A stretch of 41,126 nt of DNA, taken from Octopus sinensis (Eukaryota). The notes under the pieces were generated by a model, which had not been told where the DNA came from, did not search any database, and saw only the letters and a program-made list of their open reading frames with translations. This document shows, in pieces, positions 1 through 12,331 of the stretch (positions are counted from its first letter, which is position 1; the number at the start of each line of letters is the position of its first letter). Location of the stretch: the NCBI RefSeq assembly GCF_006345805.1, contig NW_021835285.1:1-41126 (forward strand), in the 5' to 3' direction. Both the position numbers and the translations under genes were made by a program.

Positions 1-179
1 TTTGGGCCGGCAACTATCAGTCTGCACCGGTCTCTTTCTGCTAGATCTCAAACACAGGAGCACCAGTAGTCAAGTGATGATGAAGACAAACAAACCACAC
101 ATTACACATACACGCATGCATGAACGCACACGCACGCATGCACATACACACACACAAGCACACACATGCAATATATGTA

Positions 180-220
<41 letters not shown>

Positions 221-443
221 ATGTCAGTCGCCCATGCAGCATACAAGCCTCCCCTCTCCACGCCACCAGTGTTATCCAAGGGAAAGGGGAAGACCGATAC
301 AGCTTTGCACCAGTGACGTCGCAACTCATTTCTACAACTGAGTGAACTGGAGTAACGTGAAATAAAGTGTCTTGCTCGGGATTCGAACTCACAACCTCAC
401 GATCGTAAGCTCGACGCTCTAACCAATGAGCCATGCGCCTTCA
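221..443 (-). mobile_element. tRNA-derived SINE, family C head with a divergent tail
   Basis: Minus strand reads TGAAGGCGCATGGCTCATTGGTTAGAGCG (Pol III A box) ... GGTTGTGAGTTCGAATCCC (B box), then GAGCAAGACACTTTATTTCACGTT, which is shared with the copy at 31395-31725. Flanked by (TA)n. Confidence 0.8.
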
Positions 444-857
444 TATATATATATATATATTGAACCTCTCAAAGGAGATTATATAGAATTGGGGCTCTGT
501 TAAACCTTGCCCAACAACTCATCTTCTGACCGCCGACTCTTCTATGTTACCCTATTTTCTTTACTTTCCCCTCCATTAAACAAAAATCCTCTGTGTCCAA
601 TTATTCTCTATCGCTAATCATCTCTCACTATTTTCACTCAGCACACTTAACTACACATTCACCTTTTCCCCAAAATTTTATCCTACTTTGTCTCATATTT
701 ACGTTGTACCTAGACTTCATCTCTCCCTCTCTCTTCCTCGTTCTTCTCTCTCTCTCTCTCTTTCTCTCTTTCATTCTCACTCTTTCTTTCTCTCTTTCCA
801 AGGAAACAAGCCATGTGTTCTCCTCTTCAGCAAGGCACTTGTTCCTGTCCCTCTATC

Positions 858-921
858 ATATATGTGACATCATCCCACCAAGAAACAACTGTATGGAAAT
901 CTACCTGTTTCCATCATTATA
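858..921 (+). mobile_element. Small RTE-clade LINE fragment
   Basis: Translates as HHPTKKQLYGNLPVSIII, homologous to THPTRKQLYGDTLPVSNII in the LINE fragment at 1392-1871. Confidence 0.6.
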
Positions 922-1871
922 TATACGTTGTACTCGATTGAAGCAGCATCAAATTTAATTAGCCATCCATGTATCTTAATGCTTATACACCGTTGACAGG
1001 CAAGATACAGCTCTTTTTGTCCGAGATAAAATTTCATATAGACGTATTGTGTTAAAAACACAGTACATATCGGAGGGTTAGGAGAAATTGTCCCGGAAAC
1101 GGCTAACAAGAATGCCTGGTGCATTTTGGCTTTCTTGTACCTTGTCTTTGACATGTCCTTGCTGTCACATGCCAAAAGGAAGTTTGTTGTCACCGATATA
1201 TCGGAAATAGTGAATAATACATTCGTACATTATTCCGTTTCCTTTATAAACCATTATTTCCTTTATGGGGCAAATTTCCTTTAAGTATGTGGCTGTGAGT
1301 ACACGTCATTGAATACTGAAATCTGGCGTTCTCGCAAGGCGCTGCCGAAGTTTTGGACGATATTGTATCTCCTTCCAACAGATATTTTACCATCATCTGA
1401 TCGAGCTTGCTCGGACATTTTTAACCCGCGCACATTGTCCATCTCATTCCTGCATTACTTAATAGAGATCTTCAAGGGGGAATCCAGGGTCTCTGGTGAG
1501 TTGATCTAAATACTTTGTGTTCGGATGACTTGCTCGACTAAGGCCATGCTTTGGCATCCAAAATAGCAGGTCATTTGCAAGATCTTGTTTAGCTTGCCAG
1601 TAATGTCCCGCAAAGCGCAAGCGCTTTTACCTTATAATGTTGGAAACAGGCAGAGTATCTCCGTACAATTGTTTCCTGGTTGGATGAGTTCTCCAAGATA
1701 TGCTTCAGGCTGTTCTTAACATTCGGGTGTAAATTCCATTTAGCTTCGATTCCAATTTTTTACTAAGCGTCCAAGCTGTTGCTCCACATAAAAGGATTTA
1801 GTCTACTGTTGCCCGGAAAATATCCTCTTAAAGTTGTCTGACAGTGATGATTTCCAACCAATATCCAGTTT

Positions 1872-2335
1872 ATGTACATTATTTACATTTGACGGATATT
1901 TGTCCTCATCTTGTTTGTTGTTAATACAATATTTCGGCTGATATACCCTCCAGCCTTCAAGAGGTGTCTTGGGGAAATTTCGAACATGGGTTCTCATTCC
2001 CAAGGTATGTATAATAATAATAATAGTAATAATAATAATCAATAATAAGAAGAGAAGAAGAAGAGAAGAAGAAGAAGAAGAAGAAGAGAAGAAGAAAAGA
2101 AGAAGAAGAAGAAGAAGAAGAGAAGAAGAAGAAGAAGAAGAAGAAGAAGAAGAATGATAACATCGAAAAATACCTTAGGAATGTGAATCCAGGTTCGAAA
2201 TTTCCCCAAGACACCTGATGAAGGCTGGAGGGTATATCAGCCGAAACGTTGTGTTAACAACAAACAAGATGAGGACAAATATCCATCAAATGTAAATAAT
2301 GTACACAATTCTTCATCTCTTAAATATAGAACTGT
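1872..2335. mobile_element. Fold-back, hammerhead-bearing Penelope-like (pseudo-LTR) element with a 12-bp TSD
   Basis: TSD AATATCCAGTTT at 1860-1871 and 2336-2347. Inverted arms of about 135 bp (~1873-2007 and ~2170-2305) enclose (TAA)n(GAA)n. Hammerhead motif in the right arm. Confidence 0.75.
2210..2255 (+). ncRNA. Minimal type I hammerhead ribozyme
   Basis: GACAC-CUGAUGA-A-GGCUG(GAGGGUAUAU)CAGCC-GAAA-CGU-U-GUGUU. Intact core, 5-bp stem II, stem I GACAC/GUGUU, palindromic ACGU stem III, GUU cleavage triplet. Confidence 0.8.
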
Positions 2336-2549
2336 AATATCCAGTTTGCTTAGGGCCGACGATGCGTTCGTTGTCCGAGTTTTAACATCTTTTTCAGTTG
2401 AGGCGATCTCAGAACGAGACACGTGAAATCTCCTGCTTGATTGATGGGACCTCCTCTGGTGTTCGTGATGGATCCTTGTTGATTATGAGCAATAAATTTG
2501 GTTTTACTAGAATCGTCCAATTACACATTTTTTGGTTTCTGCAAATCGG

Positions 2550-2945
2550 TGTAACCTAGCGCTTCGGCATAAGATACCTATTTCTTTACTCCCCACAAGG
2601 AGCTATACACAGAGGGGACAAACAAGGACAGACAAACGGATTAAGTCGATTACATCGACCCCAGTGCGTAACTGGTACTTATTTAATCAACCCCGAAAGG
2701 ATGAAAGGCAAAGTCGACCTCGGCGTAATTTGAACTCAGAACGTAACGGCAGACGAAATACAGCTACGCATTTCGCCCGGCGTGCTAACGATTCTGCCAG
2801 CTCGCCGACTTTAAGATACCGATAAAATAAATACCAGATTTAAAAATAAGTACTGGAGTCGATTTGTTCGACGAAACACTTTACGGTGGTGCCCCAGCAT
2901 GGCCGCAGTCCAATGACAGAAACAAGTGAAAGACGAACGATAAAA
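2550..2945 (+). mobile_element. 3' part of a family A SINE, split by a family B SINE
   Basis: GTAACCTAGCGCTTCGGCATAAGATACC...GGTGGTGCCCCAGCATGGCCGCAGTCCAATGACAGAAACAAGT matches the tail of the other family A copies. Confidence 0.7.
2579..2811 (-). mobile_element. tRNA-derived SINE, family B (central domain resembles MetaSINE-type core)
   Basis: Minus: GGCGAGCTGGCAGAATCGTTAGCAC...GAGTTCAAATT...GTCGACTTTGCCTTTCATCCTTTCGGGG. 9-bp TSD TAAGATACC at 2570-2578 and 2812-2820. Confidence 0.85.
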
Positions 2946-3290
2946 GATTACGAAACATCAGTGTGGGTGTTATAAGAATGTAACGCATTGCTTTTATGCT
3001 AATGACGTGCGATAAAAGAACAGGATTATACACATGCATATGTGTTATGTAACAAGAAATGACAATGTATTCTGAGTTTCGCCCCAGGCTGGGCTGGTCA
3101 CAACAGCATGATGACACAATTGTTCAGAGAACGTCTGAATGTATGGTATGTTACGCCGCCTAATTAGGGAGGAATTACATCGTGAATAACCCGCCCCGAG
3201 GCAAAACACAGGGAAGGGTGTCATCGTTTGATATAACGGTTTCAATTTTTGGTACAAGAACAGCAACGTTAGTAGACAGGAATTAATTCT

Positions 3291-3668
3291 TTCTTTTAGT
3301 CTTTTACTTGTTTCAGTCATTTGACTGCGGCCATGCTGGAGCACCGCCTTCAGTCGAGCAAGTCGACCCCGGGACTTATTCTTTGTAAGTCTAGTACTTA
3401 TTCTATCGGTCTCTTCTAGCTTCGGTTGTCAAGCAATGTTGGTGGGGGGGGGACAAACACAGGCACACAAACATATACACACACATACATATATATATAT
3501 ACATATATACGACGGGCGTCTTTCGGTTTCCGTCTACGAAATCCACTCACAAGGCTTTGGTCAGCCCGAGGCTATAGTAGAAGACACTTGCCCAAGGTGC
3601 CACGCAGTGGGAATGAACTCGGAGCAATGTTGTTAGTAAGCAAGCTACTTACCACACAGCCAGGCCTG
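3291..3668 (-). mobile_element. tRNA-derived SINE, family A (CORE-like, resembles octopus OR-type SINEs)
   Basis: Head GGCTGTGTGGTAAGTAGCTTG..GAGTTCATTCCCACTGCGTGGCACCTTGGGCAAGTGT, internal (TA/TG)n, tail GCATGGCCGCAGTCAAATGACTGAAACAAGTAAAAG. Many copies in the window. Confidence 0.85.
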
Positions 3669-3675
3669 CTGCTAC

Positions 3676-4073
3676 AATGGATTACATTGACCCCAATATT
3701 TGACTGGTACTTTATTCGATCGGCCCCTAAAGGAAGGAAAAACAAACTTGTCCTCGGTGGATTTTGAACTCAGAACGTAAAGAGCCGGAAGATACGCTGC
3801 TATGCATTTTGTCCGACGTGCTGTTTTGCCACGTCACCGCTTTCATCTTTTTGGTGTAATCTTTTCTTTTATAGTCACAAGGCCTGAAATTTTTTGGGAG
3901 GGGACTTGTCGATTACATCGATCCTAGTGTTCAACTGATAGTCATTTTATCGATCCCGAAAGTATGAAAAGCAAAGTCGATCTCGGCGGAATCCGTACTC
4001 AGAATATAAAGACGGACGAAACGCCGCTAAGCACTTAGTCCGGCATACAAACGATTCTACCAGCTCGCCGCCT
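3676..4073 (-). mobile_element. Two adjacent diverged family B SINEs
   Basis: Two copies (~3676-3842 and ~3870-4073) of GATTACAT(C/T)GA..CTGGTAC/CTGATAG..TTTAT..GAT..CTCAGAA..GCC, as in 2579-2811. Confidence 0.75.
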
Positions 4074-4861
4074 TTCCTTTTGATATTAGAATCATAACTG
4101 ACCGTTTTAACCAATGTTTTGAGTTCTTACTTCAGATAATGTTCGCATCATTAATGGCATATTTCTAATTATGAATTTTAATATAATGAGCGAAATTCAC
4201 GATATGCATGATGTGTGTGTGTGTTTCTGTGTGTGTATGAGTGTGTATGTGTATGGGTGTGTGTGCATGTGTGTGTATGTGTATGTGCATGTTTTTTGTG
4301 TGTTTATGTGTGTATGTGTGTGTTTATGTGTGTGTTTCTGTGCGTATGTGTATGGGTCACCTCAATAGACGTCATTGATTGGTTCAAATTGCCGAAATGC
4401 AAGAAATCAAAGACCAAATATCTTACAAACTACAGAATTTTCTCAAGAAAGCCAAGAGAAAAAGATGTTTTATAAACGCAGAAGGTTAAAAATTTTTTAG
4501 TTACATAGAAATTATTTTAAAAAACTGCCGGTCAAACCGAAAAGATCCACTTAGTGGTCATCCCTCTTATATGTATGTAATATAATTTTTCTGAATCTTC
4601 AGAATTTTCTATATGCTAGAGCACTAGTTTTAAATTGATATTAATCAAATTAATATTCAATTTTTCACCCTTATTATTTTAAATTTAAATATATATATAT
4701 GTATCTTTTATTAAACTTTTAATACTTTTATATTTATATGAAAAAAAATTTTTTTTTTAATTTAAAAAGATTAAAAAAATAAATTAATTAATAATTAATT
4801 AATTAATTAATTAATTAATTAATAAAATAATATATAAATATAAAAATATACATATATATAG

Positions 4862-4897
<36 letters not shown>

Positions 4898-5046
4898 ATA
4901 TAATATTAAAATTTATAAGTTTAAATCATTTAAATAATTTTTTAATTTTTAACTTTTATATTTTTTAATTAATTTTATTTCTATGTATTGCTTATGATTT
5001 TCACTGTTTGATTGCCTAGTAGTGGTTTTATCTCTAATTTAATATA

Positions 5047-5093
<47 letters not shown>

Positions 5094-5177
5094 CATACAA
5101 CACATGTATTACCTACATATCTAGCTTTCAATTCGCCCCTCAATCTCTCGCTCTCTTTTTCTCTCTTCCTCTCTCCG

Positions 5178-5213
<36 letters not shown>

Positions 5214-5319
5214 GTATGTGAACGGGTGTGCATGCGTGCATAATAACTTGTGGAGCACTGCCCTGAATGAATACAAAGATTAAACGAATTAAGCATGTTA
5301 TGTGAAACTTGTCTATTTA

Positions 5320-5359
<40 letters not shown>

Positions 5360-5460
5360 ACATACACACATACACATACTCACACACATACGCACATGTA
5401 CACATGCAAACACAAATACACACATAATTCAATATATACATACATTCATATATATATATA

Positions 5461-5868
5461 CTCTTTTACTCTTTTACTTGTTTCAGTCATTTGACTGCGG
5501 CCATGCTGGAGCACCGCCTTTAGTCGAGCAAATCGACCCCAGGACTTATTCTTTGGAAGCCTAGTACTTATTCTATTGGTTTCTTTTGCCGAACCGCTAA
5601 GTGACGGGGACGTAAACACACCAGCATCGGTTGTCAAGCAATGCTAGGGGGACAAACACAGACACACAAACACACACACACACATATATATATATACATA
5701 TATACGACAGGCTTCTTTCAGTTTCCGTCTACCAAATCCACTCACAAGGCATTGGTCGGCCCGGGGCTATAGCAGAAGACACTTGCCCAAGATGCCACGC
5801 AGTGGGACTGAACCCGGAACCATGTGGTTGGTTAGCAAGCTACTTACTACACAGCCACTCCTGCGCCT
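5461..5868 (-). mobile_element. Near full-length family A SINE
   Basis: Head AGGCGCAGGAGTGGCTGTGTAGTAAG..CCGGGTTCAGTCCCACTGCG through to the (AGTAAAAG)2 tail. Embedded in (TA)n. Confidence 0.9.
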
Positions 5869-6075
5869 ATATATATATACACATATATATATATATATAC
5901 GTCCCTTCGTGTATTTCACGTTATTTATTTATGTAAAGGTTTATTATATATATATATACATATATATATGAATACGTCATATGTGTGTGTTTGTGTATAT
6001 ATCTGTGTGTATGTGTGTGTTTTCGCATGTGTTTATGTAGGTGTGTGTGTGTTGTTGATGTTGTTGTTCTCCTAG

Positions 6076-6148
6076 CAGCAATGACAGAACTGAAATCTGG
6101 TTCAACAGCCACCCCCATCATAAAAAACACAAAGACAAATTCTGTTAT
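6076..6148 (+). CDS. Candidate penultimate exon of a host gene (Ser/Thr-rich, omega-site-like)
   Basis: Acceptor TTGTTCTCCTAG| and donor |GTACGT. Reads [16 protein letters not shown]. Length 73 nt, becoming a symmetric phase 1-1 exon if one A of the A6 run (6122-6127) is removed. Unique sequence between microsatellites. Confidence 0.4.
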
Positions 6149-6381
6149 GTACGTTATTTTTTTTTTTTTTTTTTTTTGCTTTCTGGGTTTTCTGGGTTGG
6201 GGGCCACATGTGCATTATTGCGTATTGGCTCACATTCGTGGAACTGAACAGAAGGGGAACATCAGTGAAAGGATGAAGAAGCAAACATCTTGTGTTGTTT
6301 GTCGTTTGCCTTATCTTGAACGGGAGAAAGTAATGGAGGAAGAGGATGTAGGACAAAAGAAAGGGGGAAGAAGTCACGTGT

Positions 6382-6490
6382 ACATGCATACGCATACATA
6401 CATACAATCATACATGCATACATATACATACATACATACATACATACATACATACATACATACATGCATATATATATACACCTATATATA

Positions 6491-6545
<55 letters not shown>

Positions 6546-6780
6546 TATATACACATATATATATGATGCATATATATGTATATATATATATATATATATA
6601 ATATACAGATATATATATAGATATATATACGTGTGAGTATATATGTATGTTATTATATATATATAATATATATATTAGAAACCCCAACACACTCATATGT
6701 ATATATATATATATATACATATATGTATGCATACATATACATACACAGACATATATGCATATGTATATATACATATTATT

Positions 6781-6812
<32 letters not shown>

Positions 6813-6836
6813 AATTATATATATATACATATATAC
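6382..6836. repeat. Compound (CATA)n/(TA)n microsatellite
   Basis: Directly visible. Confidence 0.95.
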
Positions 6837-6960
6837 CTAAAGTGTTTCATCTGTAACATCTTGTCCTAGATTTCTTCTTTGCCCAAAACTTTCTCACAGT
6901 CAATAAGAAATCTTTTGTCTCCAGTTTTTACTTAATTTTTTGTTTCATTTTATTTTGCAG

Positions 6961-7022
6961 CGTTTGTTTTATGTCTTCTGATGATGTCACTGAGTCATGT
7001 TGTCGTCTGCCTCGGAATCTAA
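6961..7022 (+). CDS. Candidate last coding exon, hydrophobic C-terminal tail
   Basis: Strong acceptor TTTTTTGTTTCATTTTATTTTGCAG|. Phase-1 frame gives FVLCLLMMSLSHVVVCLGI-stop (TAA 7020-7022). Confidence 0.4.
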
Positions 7023-7569
7023 TTTTACCAAATCCACGCTGTCAGCCCACGTTGCCAAATTCTTCAGTTTGCTATCGCACCATGCTTGCTACAGATTAAG
7101 AATGCTAGAACGACTTTCTTAGACGTCCATCACCGAGAAAGAAAAACAAAATGTGTATTATTCTAACCCTCTCATGTCTATATTTCTAACCGTTTCAATT
7201 CATTTATATCTACCTCTATCAACACACAAACAGACACACACGCACACACACACACACATATCCTCCTGCCTTCCAGAGTCCCTGATGTACCTACATATAA
7301 ACAAGAAACTCAAAAGAGGGCAGAAATATCGGTCTCCCTCGTTCACTAAATGTCAATCGCAAAAGAATACCCATTGAAAAGGGGACAAAACTGACAGTGA
7401 CTCAGCTTTTGGATGGGCTGAAATGCATAAAATAACACATATATATGCATTCACACACACACACACACATACACACACACACACACATACACATACATAC
7501 ATGCACTCACATATGTACATCATTCATTCATACATACATACATACATACATATATATGTATATATATAC

Positions 7570-7696
7570 TTCGATTTTTTATCTAGTTTGCAAGATTCTT
7601 TATGTGAATTCGTGTGTTGAAACAAATTTTGTTGTGTCTGAGAAGTGTAATACTGTCTTAACACACTCACCGGTTCAATTTCCATTCATTTATTAT

Positions 7697-7700
<4 letters not shown>
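7570..7700. repeat. Interspersed repeat shared with 29998-30133 (putative Penelope-like terminal region)
   Basis: GTTTGCAAGATTCTTTATGTGAATTCGTGTGTTGAAACAAATTTTGT is identical in both places. Sits between microsatellites. Confidence 0.65.
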
Positions 7701-7740
<40 letters not shown>

Positions 7741-7868
7741 GGCAGACAGACAGACAGACAGAAGAACGGGCAGACAGACAGATAGATAGATAGATATGTA
7801 GGTAGGTAGGTAGGTAGGTAGGTAGGTAGGTAGGTAGGTAGGTAGGTAGGTAGATCGATCGATCGATC

Positions 7869-7943
<75 letters not shown>
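7701..7943. repeat. (TG)n, (GACA)n, (GGTA)n, (GATA)n microsatellite cluster
   Basis: Directly visible. Confidence 0.95.
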
Positions 7944-8104
7944 TGTTTAATGAACACAGTACATATTTTTATAAGCTACTAATAGTTTCATGCAATGTCA
8001 ACGACACAGGCAGCATTTTGTAACGTCTGATTCGTTCATGCTACCTTCCGGTTGCGTTCACATGGCATTTAAAACTAAAACAGGGTGACTGAATAAGAAG
8101 AAAT

Positions 8105-8243
8105 ACGTCCGTCTACGAAGTCCACTCACAAGGTTTTGGTCGGCCTGAGGCTATAGTAAAAGACACTTTCCCAAGGTGTCATGCTGTAGGATTGAACCTG
8201 GAACCATGTGGTTGGAATGCACGCACAGCTTACCTCACTGCCA
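8105..8243 (-). mobile_element. Family A SINE 5' fragment
   Basis: CCGTCTAC..CCACTCACAAGG..GGCTATAGTA..GACACTT.CCCAAGGTG..TGAACC.GGAACCATGTGGTTGG. Confidence 0.75.
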
Positions 8244-8991
8244 GGTGGTACCCCGTGAAACAGTGGATGAAGAAGCGGAAGAAGAGTAGTGTCTGACGTG
8301 AGAGATGGACTTAGTCATGTTGACTATTTTATGATTCTCACACAAACCAAATTATATTAGTATTTAACTAAACCGAATATCGTATAGTGCAACTTATTTC
8401 TTAAGTTCTAAACAATAAAGATCTCTTAAGTACATAATGTAAAATAAAAATGTGTGAATATTCTTAAACAGACCAATGTCCATACTAAAATGTTTAAGTA
8501 GCCACTCATGTAGTGAAAATCTTCTTCAAACATATTAAGAAAGCACTTCACATCAGAACACAGATACTTGCAGATTTTCAACTGAAACAGTTAAGCTCTC
8601 TTATCCCGCTACTCCAAACGTAGCTCAGACATACACTTCCCCTAACCTTTTCAACCAGCATCAATCAAACACACAGTCACCTACTAACAACTGAAATTGA
8701 ATCTCACATAACCTGAATAGTTGTCCACTTAACTACCACTGTCTAGCGGGAAGTATACTTTAAAAATGCTCAGTACAAAATACCGTTCATTCAGATCGTA
8801 TATAGGTCTTATTTCTAATGATTTTAAGTTGCGGTTTAGCCACACATTCCAAAACCTTCTTCGAAGAAATGAAACTACTTTCTCGGGTTACATCTGGGAT
8901 CTTAAAACTAGATTGTGATCAGGTGTATAATGTTCTTTCCGTTGTCCAGTAAATTGTAATCTGTACTTTAACTAGATTCTTTATTTGTTAC

Positions 8992-9157
8992 GCAGGTACA
9001 ATATGGGTGTATGGTTAAAGAAGTTCGCTTTGTAACCATGAGGTTCCGGTTTCTATACCACTGCGTGGTATCTTAGGTAAATGCTATTTCCTAACCTCCG
9101 GAGGATTCACACCTCATGGATGAAACTGAGTACTGAAATTGTGTAGAAGCCCATCGG
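8992..9157 (+). mobile_element. Diverged family A-related SINE head
   Basis: ATGGTTAAAGAAGTTCGCTTTGTAACCATGAGGTTCCGG..CCACTGCGTGGTATCTTAGGTAAATG, similar to 17987-18300. Confidence 0.6.
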
Positions 9158-9458
9158 TTGGTTTTTAAAGTCCTGGTTAAAAGTACTTAAGATATGGAAG
9201 GTCAAATGTGAAAGCAATGCTTATAATCGCCACAAATAGAAGAAACAAGTAAAGGCAGGAGTGGGTATTTTTGAAGAAACATGCATTTTTCATGCTGGAC
9301 TTAAACGAGCTGGCCAAAACGCAACCACCAGTGTAGTGAACGGAGGTAAGTTTGGTCTGTAGTATCTGCAGACGTGTATGTTTATCAAGAGCTGAGCTAG
9401 CTGGTATGTATGTATGTATGTATGTATGTATGTATGTATGTATGTATGTATGTATGTG

Positions 9459-9491
<33 letters not shown>

Positions 9492-9497
9492 ACATAA

Positions 9498-9544
<47 letters not shown>

Positions 9545-9964
9545 CATACATATATATATATACATACATATATATACATATATATCTTTATACAGATGCA
9601 CACACATATAATACACCCCCCACACACACATATATATATACACATATATATATGTACTATATATATATATGTGCATATATGTTTGTGTGTGTATGTGTGT
9701 GTGTCTGTATAAAGACAAACAACAGCACATATATGCACACATGCACGCATACATAAATATACACACATACAAGCACATAATACATATATACATACACACA
9801 TGCATTCACACACACACACATACATACACACCAAAAGAAAAATGTTGATTCTTGGCATTGACACCGTAGTGGGGGACATTACAAGCAGCGTTGTTCTTTT
9901 GATTGGCAGAAAACCGGATACAACTGCACGGAGCACATTCGCATAAAACCAAATACACAAATCC

Positions 9965-10039
<75 letters not shown>

Positions 10040-10387
10040 CACACACACACACTGCTCTTTCTTTCAATACCTTTTACGTACACAAAGAAAAGAGTATGCT
10101 AATCCGATCTTATCTCGTACTCGCTTATTATCTGGTTTGAGTTTATAAACACACAGTAAATGTGGTAATAAAAGGAATATAATATTAAGCCACAGCCCAT
10201 CTGTCCCCATCAGTACTAAGCCACAGCCACAGCCTATCGGTCCCCACCAGGACCACTCAATAGTATCTATGAGAGTGCATTTCAAACAACATGATAGCAG
10301 AACTCTTGCGCCTTTCATCATCAATCACGCACGCCTTCACAAGCGCACACCGAGTTGTTGATAACAAAGAAGTCATACGCACATATA

Positions 10388-11325
10388 TTGGGTCATCCCA
10401 TAAATAATACGCTTTTTTTATACTTCTTTAATTTTTGAAAATTTAGATAAAGTTCCTGTTAAAGCTAAAATATACTCTCCTTCATTTTCTACAATGCTCT
10501 TCCAACTATCAGGTAGACTTGCAAGGCCCCTCTTCCAAAATTCGCTTATCCGTGACGAAATGTCCTCCTCCAGTATTATTCTGATCTCGTCTACAGAATT
10601 CATTTTATTTCCGTCCAAATGATTTTGAAGCCTGCGGAATAAATGATAGTCAGATGGGGCAATGTCCGGCTAATATGGTGGGTGGGACATCGTTCCCCAT
10701 TCAAACTGTTCCAGCCTTTCGAATGTCATCCTTGCTGTATGTGGTCGAGCATTATCCTGATGGAAGAACACCTCTCCTCTCGAAACAAAAGATGGCCGTT
10801 TTTCTTCTAGCGCTGACTGAAGTCGATCAAGCATCTCGCAGTAGACCTTTGTTAATGTTTGGTTTCGGTTTAAAAGCTCAAAATAAACTAAACCTTTCAT
10901 ATCCCACCTTACAAGGGTGAAGACCTTCTTTAGCCTGGGGTGCCGGTGTTTCTCCTTTCCCTACCCACTGTGCTTGACATTTTAATAGAGAACCCATTTT
11001 TCGTTACCAGCCACTATTCAGTCCAAATACGGTTCATTCGTGAGACGTGACAGCAAAGAAGGGCACACATTCACTCTGTGCGCGCGATTAAACTCAGAAA
11101 GTTTGTGAGGAACCCATTGACCCAATTTGCTGACGTTTCTGATGGCATACAGGTGTCGATAAATGGTTGAATAATCAAATCCAAGCTTCTCTACTAGTTC
11201 CTTAACAGTTACCGTGGGATTTTGTTCCACCAGGGTTTGCAGGACGTCCTCGTCGAGCTCTACATATCTTTTGGGGCGTGACTCGTCTTCTAGGATGTAG
11301 TTTCCGGCTCAAAATTTCTGGATAA
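10388..11325 (-). pseudogene. Decayed mariner transposon (DD34D transposase remnant with 3' TIR)
   Basis: Motifs KLGQWVPHKL, HQDNARPHTA and HPPY*PDIAPSDYHLFR. TIR TTGGGTCATCCCATAA follows TA at 10386-10387. Several stops and frameshifts. Confidence 0.92.
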
Positions 11326-11469
11326 AAATAGTCGTGTGACTATAAAGACAGTAAGAATACTGTTTGGAGTTGTTATGGCAACGGAACACAGAATTATTTA
11401 TGAAAATCTGAACATGATCAAAATTTGCACAAAGTTGTTTTCAGAGTGATCGGTGAGGAGCATCTGGGG

Positions 11470-12033
11470 AACAAACTACTTGACAAAGATGGGTATCGAA
11501 GCTGTCCCTCACCGTGCTCACAATCCAGATCTTGTTTCCTGTGGCTCCCTGTGGCTTTTGGATTTTCCCCAAACTGAAGGAGAACCTCAAAGGCAGTCGT
11601 TTTGAAGATGAAGGAGGATGTGACAAGAGTCTTGGACACTTCTATGAGACTTTCATGAAATGGCTGGAGCCTTACAAGTACATCCAGGCCAAAGGATTCT
11701 ACATTGAAGGAGATTAGAGTTTTGTATGTCTTCGAAATTAATTAATGTCTCACCTGAAAAATTCTTATTTCTTTATTGCCCACAAGGGGCTAAACATAGA
11801 GGGGACAAACAAGGTCAGACATAGGTATTAAGTCGATTACATCGACTCTAGTGCGTAACTGGTACTTAATTTATCTACCCCGAAAGGATGAAAGGCAAAG
11901 TCGACCTCGGCGGAATTTGAACTCAGAACGTAACGACAGACGAAATACCGCTAAGTATTTCGCCAGGCGTGCTAACGTTTCTGCCACCTCGTCACCCCTG
12001 AAAATTCTGAAAACTTTCGGAATACACTTTGTA
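11470..12033 (+). pseudogene. Mariner transposase C-terminal remnant with a SINE inserted near its 3' end
   Basis: APCGFWIFPKLKENLKGSRFED..FMKW..KGFYIEGD* (ends 11717) matches the mariner DLAPCDFWLFPKLK..G.YFE pattern. Confidence 0.75.
11766..11996 (-). mobile_element. Family B SINE
   Basis: Full match to 2579-2811. Near-perfect TSD CCTGAAAA(A)TTCT at 11753-11765 and 11997-12008. Confidence 0.85.
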
Positions 12034-12331
12034 TTTCTTAATAAACAATTAGTTTTATATAAAAACAGTTGTTTGGAAGCAGGAAAATTCTATGCGCCAG
12101 CTTTTGAATGAAATGATGAAACTAGAGCGTTTCCTAAAAATCGACAAAGGTTCCTAAGAAGAATTCTGTAATTGACAAAATCGTCTTCACCGTATTTTAA
12201 CTTATTCAGTGGTTAACTCTTGATAACCTTCAAAGGTTGTATTTGTGTCCTGATATTTGGTTCGTATTTCGTGGTCAATAAAGATTCTATAGTTAATCTT
12301 TAGGTTATATTTTTAATTACATACAAGATAA

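Larger units (their letters stand above)
1392..2520 (-). pseudogene. Decayed RTE-clade non-LTR retrotransposon, RT C-terminal region, interrupted by an insertion at 1872-2335
   Basis: Manual translation across stops and frameshifts: SKTKFI..GDFT.L.SEIASTEKDVKTR..ALSKLDI | WKSSLSDNFKRIFRATVD*ILLCGATAWTLSKKLESKLNGIYTRMLR..ISWRTHPTRKQLYG..RLRFAGHYW..LLFWMP. This matches the typical RTE post-RT pattern (LLYG.E.W, R.LR.I..I.W, RLR..GH). Confidence 0.85.

Noticed and set aside
4360-4560. Possible MITE ending in AAAACTGCCGGTCAAACCGAAAAGATCC
   Set aside because: No partner TIR, TSD or second copy in the window.
9177-9400. Minus-strand ORF with a hydrophobic tail, or a plus-strand exon ending at GAG|GTAAGT (9345)
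   Set aside because: No recognisable homology and no matching splice partner; the strand cannot be decided.
9832-9966. Cys-containing candidate exon on the minus strand after (TG)nCAG
   Set aside because: Two frames are open, the donor is weak, and no domain is recognisable.
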